From positions 7,652 through 71,651 of the forward strand of contig JACPAB010000003.1 in assembly GCA_016181045.1 (NCBI GenBank): 64,000 nt of DNA, written 5' to 3'. Both the position numbers and the translations under genes were made by a program. Source of the stretch: Candidatus Yanofskybacteria bacterium. Its GTDB lineage: Bacteria > Patescibacteriota > Minisyncoccia > 2-02-FULL-40-12 > GWA2-44-9. Shown in pieces: positions 1 to 8,689 of this stretch. Positions within the stretch are counted from its first letter, which is position 1; the number at the start of each line of letters is the position of its first letter. Below the pieces are notes generated by a model. The model did no database searches. It was not told where the DNA came from and saw nothing but the letters and a program-made list of their open reading frames with translations.

Positions 1-111
1 ATCCGGGATCTGGCCGTATCGCAGGGAATGATTACGATGCTTCAGGATGCTTACATGAAATTATTGGAAGGTGTGACATCGGTCGAAGAAATAAAAAGAA
101 TCCTGGGGTAG
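1..111 (+). CDS. C-terminal fragment of a second GspE/PilB-family secretion ATPase (starts upstream of the window)
   Basis: Open frame from base 1 to TAG at 109-111. The tail ...QGMITMLQDAYMKLLEGVTSVEEIKRILG parallels the C-terminus of the PilB-like protein at 39704-41452 (QGMITMFQDGILKVLQGVVSLEELLEV). Confidence 0.6.
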   Translation: MRDLAVSQGMITMLQDAYMKLLEGVTSVEEIKRILG

Positions 112-180
112 TAAAATTCTAAACAAATCCAAGTGACTAAAATCCAAAAAATTAAAAACGTTTATAATTTGGAGTTTTGA

Positions 181-227
181 ATTTAGATATTGTTTAGAAA
201 TTAGATATTAGAAATTAGAAATTTCAG
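181..227. repeat. AT-rich tandem heptamer tract (TTAGAAA/TTAGATA units)
   Basis: Read directly: atttagatattgtttagaaattagatattagaaattagaaatttc. The same heptamer style recurs at 15424-15448, 31241-31266, 42880-43030 and 62895-62915. Confidence 0.7.
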
Positions 228-242
228 TAAAAGGACCTTTAT

Positions 243-391
243 AATCTGTAGGTAAACTCTCGAACTCATAAGAATTCGAGGCAGGATAATTCCGAGGAGT
301 AGGCCAGTCGAAACCGATCTATCCGAACTAGGATAATATCCCGATTGGATCATTTGGTATGTAAATACGCGGACCCAATTACCTACAGATT
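243..391. repeat. 149-nt element closed by a 13-bp terminal stem, upstream of ruvB
   Basis: aatctgtaggtaa (243-255) is the reverse complement of ttacctacagatt (379-391). Internal stem ctcgaa/ttcgag. It shares a cgaaaccga(y)(y)tatc core with the element at 52745-52919. Confidence 0.5.
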
Positions 392-450
392 AGAAAGGTT
401 CTTTCGCCAGAATTCTATCTGGATTGTGGTATATTTTAATTAAAATAATC

Positions 451-1473
451 ATGAATGTCAACCCCCAAAAAGACCCTAAATTAACCCCGAAATCTGTTCC
501 CGACGACACCCAGCTGGACCAGGCGTTGAGACCCAAAACCTTTCAGGAATATGTCGGTCAGGAAAAAGTGAAGGACAACCTCCGGGTCATTATCGGTGCG
601 GCCAAAAAGAGGGGCGAACCCATGGAACACGTGCTTTTGCACGGCCCTTCCGGGCTTGGCAAGACCACGCTCGCCTACCTTATCGCCAAAGAACTTGGGA
701 CCAATATCAGGATCACCTCCGGTACGGCATTAGAGAAGGCCGGAGACGTCGGATCTATTTTAAGCAGTTTAAGCGACGGAGATGTTTTGTTCATAGACGA
801 GGTCCATCGCTTGAACAAGATGATCGAAGAGGTAATCTACCCGGCCATGGAGAACTTCAAGCTGGATATAGTCATAGGCAAAGGCAACTCGGCCAGAACA
901 CTTCAGATAGACCTGCCCCGCTTTACCCTGATAGCCGCCACCACGAAGATCTCCCTCCTTTCGGCGCCTTTCCGTTCAAGATTCGGAGTGAACTTCCGGC
1001 TCGATTTCTATAAAGACACCGACATAGAAAGGATCATTGGCCGTTCGGCTGAACTGCTGGGAGTCGATATAGACAAGGACGCGATCAGAACCATCGCCAT
1101 CTCGTCCAGATTTACGCCCAGAGTGGCAAACAGATTGTTGAAAAGGGTCAGGGACTACGCCCAGATCAAAGAAGCGGGCATAATAAGCTCGCCACTGGCC
1201 AAAGAAAGCTTGAAGATGCTGGAGGTGGACGAAAAAGGTCTCGAAGAAACCGACAGGAAGATACTTCTTACCATCGCAGAGAAATTCGGCGGCGGACCGG
1301 TGGGCTTGAAGTCCATAGCCGCCGCGATCTCCGAGGAGGAAGCCACGATAGAGGACGTTTACGAGCCCTATCTGATGCAGCTGGGATTCCTCGCAAGAAC
1401 TCCGAAAGGAAGAGTGGTCACCTCGAGAGGGTTCGAGCATCTGGGGCTAAAAAAGAAGGGCACACTAATCTAG
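451..1473 (+). CDS. ruvB: Holliday junction branch-migration helicase RuvB
   Basis: Walker A GPSGLGKTT and Walker B LFIDEVHRL, with a RuvB-typical N-terminus (LRPKTFQEYVGQEKVK). ATG at 451 is preferred over the TTG at 424. Confidence 0.95.
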   Translation: MNVNPQKDPKLTPKSVPDDTQLDQALRPKTFQEYVGQEKVKDNLRVIIGAAKKRGEPMEHVLLHGPSGLGKTTLAYLIAKELGTNIRITSGTALEKAGDVGSILSSLSDGDVLFIDEVHRLNKMIEEVIYPAMENFKLDIVIGKGNSARTLQIDLPRFTLIAATTKISLLSAPFRSRFGVNFRLDFYKDTDIERIIGRSAELLGVDIDKDAIRTIAISSRFTPRVANRLLKRVRDYAQIKEAGIISSPLAKESLKMLEVDEKGLEETDRKILLTIAEKFGGGPVGLKSIAAAISEEEATIEDVYEPYLMQLGFLARTPKGRVVTSRGFEHLGLKKKGTLI

Positions 1474-1477
1474 ATCC

Positions 1478-2218
1478 TCAGAACCGCAACTTTTTTAAAT
1501 TATTCTCGCACACCTTACATCCGCACCCAATCTCGTCAACCTTCTTACGACCCCCTATTGGTTTAAGGATATGGTCAACAATAATAGTCCATATTTTGAA
1601 CTTGGATTTTACATCACTTTCAGATAAAAAGTTACCCACTAATTTCCACAATGGTTTATCCCACCTTGTTAAATCCTTGAGAAGTCGCTTATCGCTAACC
1701 CACCATTGTCCATTAAGCTGGTAGTGTCGTTTCAATAAAGTTGGTAAGCCCATATTCATGTTCAAAAGTGAAGACAACGGGTCTTTGGTTATATTTCTTT
1801 CAGCTTTATTATTAGCGTGGAAAAACTCAAACTGAATATCATCTTTATTTTTTACTTTCGGAGGTTCAGTATTTTTCAGCTTTTTCTTCAGCTTAAACAG
1901 GAGCCCCTTTTTATCAAACAAGATTTTTGACTCTACTAAAAAAGGCATTCTCTTAGACGATACTTGTTCTTCGCTCTGCTTAATTAGTTGTTTATAAGAA
2001 AGAAAACTAATATCAAGTTTCACGCCACCTATTATGGGATGATTAAGGTTTGAACAATTATCTCTATCGGTCACAACAACCACGTCAAGGTCGCTATCGT
2101 CAGTAATCTCGTTTCTAGCAGCTGAACCGAAAATAAATGCTCCTTGATAATCGCTATGCTTTTTTAGCTTTTTTAATACTTGTATCGCTGATTTAAAACG
2201 AGTTGATGTTGTTGTCAT
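1478..2218 (-). CDS. Pol-beta-superfamily nucleotidyltransferase domain protein
   Basis: GS-X10-DxD signature (FIFGSAARNEITDDSDLDVVVV) near the N-terminus. The C-terminal domain is unassigned. Confidence 0.6.
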   Translation of the reverse strand: MTTTSTRFKSAIQVLKKLKKHSDYQGAFIFGSAARNEITDDSDLDVVVVTDRDNCSNLNHPIIGGVKLDISFLSYKQLIKQSEEQVSSKRMPFLVESKILFDKKGLLFKLKKKLKNTEPPKVKNKDDIQFEFFHANNKAERNITKDPLSSLLNMNMGLPTLLKRHYQLNGQWWVSDKRLLKDLTRWDKPLWKLVGNFLSESDVKSKFKIWTIIVDHILKPIGGRKKVDEIGCGCKVCENNLKKLRF

Positions 2219-2303
2219 TCTTTACATTTAATCATTTTCTTAAGGTGACTTTAAGGTGAGTTGTGCACACGCGTTTAGTTCAAACTTGTGTTATGCTTAA
2301 TTT

Positions 2304-3185
2304 GTGCCCAAAGTTGTTCGTATAAGCAGGCCGGACTTAAAGAAGCTCTATCTGAAAGAGTTTCGTGGGTCTTACGAAATAGCAAAGATACTAAATTGTA
2401 GTCCTTCTTTAATTAGAAAAAGGTTGGAAGAATTCGGAATAAAATCCCGGACAGTACAAGAAGCAAAAGCACTAACAAGGCCTCGCTATCCCAGAACTGA
2501 TTTCTCGGGAGACTTAATAGAAAAAGCTTATCTAATTGGCTTTCGCCTCGGAGATCTGTATGCGGTCAAGACTCATCCTAACAGTCCCACAATAAGGGTC
2601 GGGACTAATTCTACAAAAGAGGACCAATTGCTGTTAGTTGAGGGCCTATTCTCAAAATATGGCCACGTAAAAAGAAATGGTCGAGATAAGAATGGTGCTA
2701 TTCACGTTAGGGCATTCGTAAACAACTCTTTTAATTTTCTGGTGCCAAAAGAGGACAAGATCGATAGTTGGATATTAAAAAACAAGGATTACTTTATCGC
2801 ATTTCTCGCTGGCTATGCAGACGCTGAAGGAACTTTTTGTATCTGTGGCGGGGATGGCGTATTCAGTATTAAATCTCAAGATAAGAATACACTTTTTAGT
2901 ATTTGGAAAACCTTAAATCGACTGGGTATACTTTGTAAAAAACCCTCTCTCTTCCGGGTTGCCGGATTCATAGATTACCGTGGAATTAAAAATAATAAAG
3001 ATGCCTATATTTTTACAATATACAGGAAAGATTCTCTTCTAAAACTAATTGACCTTCTTAAACCATATTTGAAACATGGAAAAAGGATTAAAGACATGTT
3101 ATTAGTAGAACAAAATATAAATAACAGAAACATAAAATATAACTTTAAAAAAGATAATCGCTGGCTTAAAACATACAAAACATGA
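2304..3185 (+). CDS. Free-standing LAGLIDADG-family homing-endonuclease-like protein with an N-terminal HTH
   Basis: Two LAGLIDADG-type motifs (YLIGFRLGDLY and FLAGYADAEGTF). GTG start. Its stop overlaps the yebC-like start (ATGA at 3182-3185). Confidence 0.75.
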   Translation: MPKVVRISRPDLKKLYLKEFRGSYEIAKILNCSPSLIRKRLEEFGIKSRTVQEAKALTRPRYPRTDFSGDLIEKAYLIGFRLGDLYAVKTHPNSPTIRVGTNSTKEDQLLLVEGLFSKYGHVKRNGRDKNGAIHVRAFVNNSFNFLVPKEDKIDSWILKNKDYFIAFLAGYADAEGTFCICGGDGVFSIKSQDKNTLFSIWKTLNRLGILCKKPSLFRVAGFIDYRGIKNNKDAYIFTIYRKDSLLKLIDLLKPYLKHGKRIKDMLLVEQNINNRNIKYNFKKDNRWLKTYKT

Positions 3186-3694
3186 GTGGGCACAATAAAT
3201 GGCAGCAAATTCGGCACAAAAAGTCCCTGACCGACAAGAAAAAGGGTCAGATATTTTCCAAGCTCGCACGGCTTATTACTTTGGCCGCCAAAAAAGGAAC
3301 CGACCCAAAAGCAAATCCAACACTGGCCCAGATAATAGACCAGGCCCGGGCGGCCAATATGCCGGGAGACAATATCGAAAGGGCCATCAAGAGGGTTTCC
3401 GACAAGGACCAGGCCCAGCTGGAAGAGTTGGTTATAGAAGCGCTTGGACCAGGAGGAGTGGCTCTGAAGATACGGGCCATAACCGACAACCGGAATCGAA
3501 CCATGGCTGAAATTAAAAAAATGCTGGGCGACCATGAGTCCAAACTGGTCCAGCCCGGAAGCTTGTCTTGGATGTTCAACCAGAAAGTTTCCGTTGATCC
3601 CTCGACACAAGAGAAGGTAAGCAAACTTTTCGAGGCCCTGGATGACCAAGATGAAGTTGAAGACGTGAGCTCGAATTTAAACGAAGAACAATGA
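3182..3694 (+). CDS. YebC/PmpR-family protein, short form (170 aa)
   Basis: N-terminus MSGHNKWQQIRHKK...GDNIERAIKR and DNRNRT motif match the YebC family. It is about 70 aa shorter than the usual 240 aa. Confidence 0.85.
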   Translation: MSGHNKWQQIRHKKSLTDKKKGQIFSKLARLITLAAKKGTDPKANPTLAQIIDQARAANMPGDNIERAIKRVSDKDQAQLEELVIEALGPGGVALKIRAITDNRNRTMAEIKKMLGDHESKLVQPGSLSWMFNQKVSVDPSTQEKVSKLFEALDDQDEVEDVSSNLNEEQ

Positions 3695-4161
3695 TAATCT
3701 TAGGAATAGACCCGGGCACTACAAGGATCGGATTCGGGGTTATAGAATCAGCCAAAAACCACCTTACGGTTCTGGATTATGGGATTATTAGCACGCCGGG
3801 AAAAGACAGGTCTTTGGATTACAAACTAATATCCGAAGGCCTCTCTAAACTCATAGCCGCATACAAACCCGAAAGAGCCGGAGTGGAAAAACTGTTCTTT
3901 TCCAAAAACCTGAAGACAGTGATGTCTGTTTCGGAAGCAAGAGGAGTTATAATGCTGACCCTGGCCAATCACGGCATACCTATAATGGAGCCCGCCCCCC
4001 AACAGGTCAAACAGGCCGTGTCTGCCTACGGGAGCGCGGGCAAAGCGCAGGTTGAAAGAATGGTCAGGCTTATCTTGAAAATACAGGGCACTATAAAACC
4101 GGATGACGCAGCTGATGCTTTAGCTATTGCAATTTGTGCAGCAAATAATAATATTTACTAA
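3691..4161 (+). CDS. ruvC: Crossover junction endodeoxyribonuclease RuvC
   Basis: MIILGIDPGTTRIGFGVIE N-terminus and C-terminal DAADALAIAICA motif. Confidence 0.95.
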   Translation: MIILGIDPGTTRIGFGVIESAKNHLTVLDYGIISTPGKDRSLDYKLISEGLSKLIAAYKPERAGVEKLFFSKNLKTVMSVSEARGVIMLTLANHGIPIMEPAPQQVKQAVSAYGSAGKAQVERMVRLILKIQGTIKPDDAADALAIAICAANNNIY

Positions 4162-4241
4162 TTAATAAGCCGTCTCATTAATTTTCGTCCCCTTGGCCAT
4201 GGGCAATCGGGAAAATTTAAAGGGATTATTTTAGAAGTCGT

Positions 4242-4409
4242 ATGTTCACTGAATACGATTACGCAGTCGACGGAGAAGAGGAGTTAGAGGACAAGACAGA
4301 CGAAGAGAAAGATGAAGAGGATGAGAATGATGAGGAAGACGATGAGGAGGATGACGAAGAGAACGAAGAACAGCTCGATGATAAAAAAGACAAGGAAGAG
4401 GCCTGGTAG
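4242..4409 (+). CDS. Hypothetical hyper-acidic 55-aa protein
   Basis: ATG-to-TAG ORF missing from the track (<60 aa): MFTEYDYAVDGEEELEDKTDEEKDEEDENDEEDDEEDDEENEEQLDDKKDKEEAW. A strong hairpin terminator follows directly. Confidence 0.4.
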   Translation: MFTEYDYAVDGEEELEDKTDEEKDEEDENDEEDDEEDDEENEEQLDDKKDKEEAW

Positions 4410-4410
4410 A

Positions 4411-4438
4411 AAAACAGCCCCGATTATCGGGGCTGTTT
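4411..4438. terminator. Bidirectional intrinsic terminator
   Basis: aacagcccc-gattatc-ggggctgtt, flanked by an A-run and a T-run, between convergent ORFs. Confidence 0.75.
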
Positions 4439-4445
4439 AGTTTTG

Positions 4446-5034
4446 TTAGGGGTTGGTAGATTTTTGGTTCACTATTTTTTGGACTTCTCTAACTACTTGA
4501 AATTGCGGTTTTGCGGCATCAATCACATAGTCAGCGTATTTCTTTTGAGCTATGCCATGTTTTAGAAATTCTGGAATAGCAACTTTAGTATCATAGTCAG
4601 TCCTATGGACTGATCCGAACCTAATAGCTCGGCGTTTAAGCATCAGCTTGGGGTGAATTTCCAGATAAATTTTAACGTCAAGCATATCTCGCACTTTTTT
4701 GTCTTTAAAAAGCATAAAGCCCTCAATAAGAACAATTGGCCTCGGTTTTAGAATTATCGGCTTTGGCTTAGCTCCCGCTTTCTTTGGAAACGACTTTGTA
4801 TGAACTTCTTTGCCGTTTTGTAATGTTTTCAAATGTTTTAGCAAAACACTAAATTTAAGATTAGACGACTTTTCCCAGTTTCGGAAGCCATGTTTTAAGG
4901 GAAAAGTTCGAGGATGCTTGAAATAGTTATCTAACTTTATGTGTTCGTGGTTTTTATCAGATAACTTCAGTTTTTGCAAAGAGTTGTCTTGCCAGAACCG
5001 GATGGACCAACAATTCCAATAAAAAGAGTTTTCA
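4446..5034 (-). pseudogene. Uridine kinase/PRK-family P-loop kinase, interrupted by a frameshift at an A5 run
   Basis: Minus-strand ATG at 5034 encodes MKTLFIGIVGPSGSGKTTLCKN then TGA. The rest of the kinase (IVLIEGFMLF...VRDMLDVKIYLE) continues in another frame as ORF 4446-4979. One extra A in tgcaaaaactg (~4973-4978) would fuse the two parts. Confidence 0.7.
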
Positions 5035-5050
5035 TAGAGTCAAAATATCA

Positions 5051-6226
5051 CTAACCTACCCTCACAAACTTCTTAGGGCCGATCTGGACTACATCACCTT
5101 CTTTCGGCACAAAACCCCACTCCTTTTTCACTTCTCCGTTAACCTTCACCGCGCCTTGGTCAATCAATATTTTTGCGGAACTGGAACTTCCTTGCGTTAC
5201 CAGTCCGACAAGTTCAACCAGTTTTGCCGTTTTAATTTCTTCCATTTCGCTGGGCAACTCCCCTTTGGAGAATACTCTATCCCACTCTTCTCTGGCTTTG
5301 GTTGCTTCCTTATCGCCGTGATACATCTTCACCAACTCAAAGGCGAGTTCTTTTTTAAACTCATAGGGACTGCTTCCTTTTTTTTCTTCTATCCACTGCT
5401 GCGGCTTTTCTGTGCACAGTTCAAAGACCGTCACTATCATCCCGTCCGGTATGGTTTTCATTGTCTTGCCGAACATGTCTTGGGGCGAATCACCTAAAGA
5501 TATAATCCCGCCTTCGGTCTTGCTCATCTTTTTTCCTGATTCCGCGTCAACCAAGAGTTGTGTCGCAAAAACAAGCTTGTCTTTATTAATTAGTTTTTCC
5601 TCTAACTTTCTACCCATGAGCATGTTAAATGTCTGGTCGTTTCCCCCGACCTCTCCATCTATTTCCATAGCCACCGAATCGTAACCCTGCATCAAGGGAT
5701 ACAAAAATTCATTAACGCCGATGGGCTCTTCATTTTTTACCCTTTCCTGGAACATGTCTCTTTTTTCCATCTGTTGGACCGTCACATGACTTGCCAATTT
5801 AACTACATCTCCAAAAGACATCTTTGATAACCATGAACTGTTATATTTAACATCAAAAGAGCCCTTGGGAAGAATTTTATAGACCTGTCCCAGATAATTT
5901 TTCATGTTATTTTTTACCTCCTTTTCAGTAAGTGGTTTCCGTGTTGTGTCTTTTCCTGTCGGGTCTCCTATTCGCGCGGTAAAATCGCCAATCACAAGAA
6001 CTGGCTTATGCCCCAGCTCCAGCAACTGCTTAAGAAAAAGTAGTGGGATTGTGTGTCCAAGGTGAAGGTCCGTCCCAGTTGGATCTATGCCTAGATATAC
6101 TCTTAACCTTTTACCCTCTTTTAGTTTTTTTACCGCTTCTTCGCGGGATGGAAAAATTGCTTCAATGCGCCGAGTTAAAGTATCTTCTATTTTTTTATCT
6201 TCTGTATTTACTTTAGTTCCGAACAT
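5051..6226 (-). CDS. tyrS: Tyrosine--tRNA ligase
   Basis: HIGH motif (HLGH), KMSKT motif, IGDPTGK, and a C-terminal S4-like domain. Start trimmed to MFGTKV (ATG at 6226). Confidence 0.9.
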   Translation of the reverse strand: MFGTKVNTEDKKIEDTLTRRIEAIFPSREEAVKKLKEGKRLRVYLGIDPTGTDLHLGHTIPLLFLKQLLELGHKPVLVIGDFTARIGDPTGKDTTRKPLTEKEVKNNMKNYLGQVYKILPKGSFDVKYNSSWLSKMSFGDVVKLASHVTVQQMEKRDMFQERVKNEEPIGVNEFLYPLMQGYDSVAMEIDGEVGGNDQTFNMLMGRKLEEKLINKDKLVFATQLLVDAESGKKMSKTEGGIISLGDSPQDMFGKTMKTIPDGMIVTVFELCTEKPQQWIEEKKGSSPYEFKKELAFELVKMYHGDKEATKAREEWDRVFSKGELPSEMEEIKTAKLVELVGLVTQGSSSSAKILIDQGAVKVNGEVKKEWGFVPKEGDVVQIGPKKFVRVG

Positions 6227-6296
6227 ATTCTTAAATAATATCTTTAATCGATTCCCTTGTAAATAATGACTTTTTGTGGCAGAATCAAGCCAGACA

Positions 6297-8420
6297 ATGA
6301 AGCACTCCTGGAGGGGAAAGGTGAAAACAAAACACCTCATTAGGGCATTAGGCATGCTTTTTTTGTGGCTGTTCGTTATCGGCACAATAATCTTTTTATC
6401 ACTTTTCCTTTACATCCAAAGAACCCTCCCCGACCCGGAAACCATAGCCAATAGGCGAGTTGGAGAATCGACAAAAATATACGACCGAACGGGAGAGATA
6501 CTCCTTTACGACATCCACGGAGAGGAAAAGAGGACGGTAATACCCTGGGACGATATCCCCGAATCGGTAAAGAAGGCCACCTTGGCAACCGAAGACAGCA
6601 ACTTCTATAACCACAAAGGGTTGGACATCCGGGGCATCGTGAGGGCATTTTTTACAAACTTAAAGAATTTTAAGATATCACAAGGCGGTTCAACAATAAC
6701 CCAGCAGCTTGTAAAAAAGGCGCTGTTGGGCGACGAGAGAACAATTACCAGAAAGATAAAAGACCTTACTTATTCCATAGAAATAGAAAGAAGGTTTTCA
6801 AAAGACCAAATACTGTGGATGTATTTGAACCAGATACCCTACGGCTCCAACATTTACGGCGTAGAGGAGGCCAGTAAAACATTCTTCGGCAAGCCGGCGT
6901 CAGGCCTGACCAACGCGGAAGCCGCGACTCTTGCCGCTTTGATCCGGGCTCCGTCTTATTACTCTCCTTACGGCAACCATGTCCCCGAGCTTCTGGCTCG
7001 CAAGGACTTCGTTCTTAAAAGGATGGCTGACCTGGGTTTTATAACCGCGGAAGAATATGCCGCCGCAAAAGAACAGGGGCTTAGTTTTAAAAAGAGTGCT
7101 GAAAAGATCGTCGCTCCTCACTTTGTCGTAATTGTCAAAGAATACTTGAGCTCCAAATATGGAGAAAACGTCGCGGAAAGCGGCGGATTCAAAGTTATCA
7201 CCACCCTGGACGCAGACCTGCAACTATTGGCCGAAGAGACCGTCGAAAAGTACGCCAAGGTAAACAAAGAAAAATATAAGGCCTCAAACGCCGCCTTGGT
7301 TTCGATAGACCCTAAAACCGGCGACCTGTTGGCTCTGGTCGGTTCGGCTGATTATTTCGACATCGAGAATGAGGGCAACTTCAATGTCGCCACCGCGAAA
7401 CGTCAGCCGGGTTCGGCTTTCAAACCGTTCGCCTACGCCACGGCCCTCCAGAAGGGCTACACCGACTTTACGGTCCTGTTCGACCTGAAAACGGAGTTCA
7501 ACTACAACTGCTCTCCCGACGCTCTTCAGGAAAAAGACCAGTTCGGCATTGATTGCTACCACCCCCAGAACTACGACGGCCTCTACCGCGGCCCCGTCAC
7601 TCTAAGACAGGCGCTCGCGCAGTCGCTTAACCTGCCCTCCGTTAAAACCCTCTACTTGGCCGGTGTGGCCGATACGATAGACCTGGCCGAGAGCATGGGT
7701 ATCACCACTCTGGGCGACCGCGAGCGCTTCGGTTTGTCGCTGGTTTTGGGCGGCGCGGAAGTTAAGTTAGCGGACATTACCTCCGCTTACGGCGTCTTTG
7801 CCGCGGACGGAATGAGAAGCCCTTGGTCGTTCATCCAAAGAATAGAGTCCTCCAACGGTGCGGTTCTTGAAGAAAAGGAAAATGAACCCGAAAGAGTTCT
7901 CGACGCCCAGAAAGCCAGAATGATAAACAACATACTCTCGGACAACAGTGCCCGAGCTCCTGTCTTCGGATATTCAAGCTCTCTTTATCTGGCCGGACGC
8001 GATGTCGCGGCTAAAACCGGAACAACCCAGGAGAACAGAGACGCCTGGGTCATAGGATACTCGCCTAATCTTGTAACCGGAGTTTGGACGGGAAACAATA
8101 GGCAAGAGTCCATGACCCGGCAGGGAGCAGGTATCAGCGCCGCGGGACCCATGTGGCATGAGTTCATGGCTAAGGCCCTCGAGTCGTACCCCAACGAGAA
8201 GTTCGTCAGCCCGGCTCCTCTTTCCGGAAACAAGATAATGCTTGACGGGAATTATATCTACACAAAAGATATAACGTTACCCTTGGAATACCATTCTATC
8301 CTTTACTTCGTGAACCGGAACGACCCAAGGGGCCCCTTCCCGGAAGATCCTTCCAAAGACCTCCAGTTCAACAATTGGGAATGGCCGGTACAAAATATTT
8401 TCGCTTCTCCTATCGAATAA
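6297..8420 (+). CDS. Class A penicillin-binding protein (glycosyltransferase + transpeptidase), PBP1A-type
   Basis: GT51 motifs (EDSNFYNHKGLD, GGSTITQQL) and transpeptidase motifs (SAFK, KTGTT), with an N-terminal TM helix. The start could also be the GTG at 6276. Confidence 0.9.
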   Translation: MKHSWRGKVKTKHLIRALGMLFLWLFVIGTIIFLSLFLYIQRTLPDPETIANRRVGESTKIYDRTGEILLYDIHGEEKRTVIPWDDIPESVKKATLATEDSNFYNHKGLDIRGIVRAFFTNLKNFKISQGGSTITQQLVKKALLGDERTITRKIKDLTYSIEIERRFSKDQILWMYLNQIPYGSNIYGVEEASKTFFGKPASGLTNAEAATLAALIRAPSYYSPYGNHVPELLARKDFVLKRMADLGFITAEEYAAAKEQGLSFKKSAEKIVAPHFVVIVKEYLSSKYGENVAESGGFKVITTLDADLQLLAEETVEKYAKVNKEKYKASNAALVSIDPKTGDLLALVGSADYFDIENEGNFNVATAKRQPGSAFKPFAYATALQKGYTDFTVLFDLKTEFNYNCSPDALQEKDQFGIDCYHPQNYDGLYRGPVTLRQALAQSLNLPSVKTLYLAGVADTIDLAESMGITTLGDRERFGLSLVLGGAEVKLADITSAYGVFAADGMRSPWSFIQRIESSNGAVLEEKENEPERVLDAQKARMINNILSDNSARAPVFGYSSSLYLAGRDVAAKTGTTQENRDAWVIGYSPNLVTGVWTGNNRQESMTRQGAGISAAGPMWHEFMAKALESYPNEKFVSPAPLSGNKIMLDGNYIYTKDITLPLEYHSILYFVNRNDPRGPFPEDPSKDLQFNNWEWPVQNIFASPIE

Positions 8421-8688
8421 TTATCTGGTCGAAGTTTAAATTTTCTTCCTTCAAGACCGTCGTTAGGTCTCTGATCCTCAAAATAAGTTCGTTGGCGACT
8501 GTTTTGTTCGACGTCTGGATTGTGACTTTGTTATTCAAAAAATCCACCTTAAACCCCGAGTTCCTTCCTTCTGGAAAGTATCCGGCCAAAAACCGGGCAA
8601 AAGCCCGGTTTAGTTTGTCGCTTGCCTCGTTATTCTTGGCAAAACCTTTTACTTTCTTTTCAATTGCCCCGCCGATACCTCGAAACAT
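8410..8688 (-). CDS. DUF721-like (DciA-family-like) small protein
   Basis: 92-aa ORF directly downstream of dnaN. The C-terminal pattern (KVTIQTSNKTVANELILRIRDL) resembles DUF721. Family assignment is from memory. Confidence 0.5.
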   Translation of the reverse strand: MFRGIGGAIEKKVKGFAKNNEASDKLNRAFARFLAGYFPEGRNSGFKVDFLNNKVTIQTSNKTVANELILRIRDLTTVLKEENLNFDQIIIR

Positions 8689-8689
8689 A

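Noticed and set aside
4970-5034. Possibility that the in-frame TGA in the udk-like gene reflects an alternative genetic code (UGA as Gly or Trp), as in some CPR lineages.
   Set aside because: Reading through the TGA gives sequence unrelated to the kinase family, whereas a 1-nt frame change restores it. Many conserved genes in the window end at TGA at the expected length.
6276-6385. Long N-terminal extension of tyrS (ORF to 6385) overlapping the PBP1A start region.
   Set aside because: The extension has no similarity to the TyrRS N-terminus. The family-typical start MFGTKVN... at 6226 removes the overlap with the divergent PBP gene.
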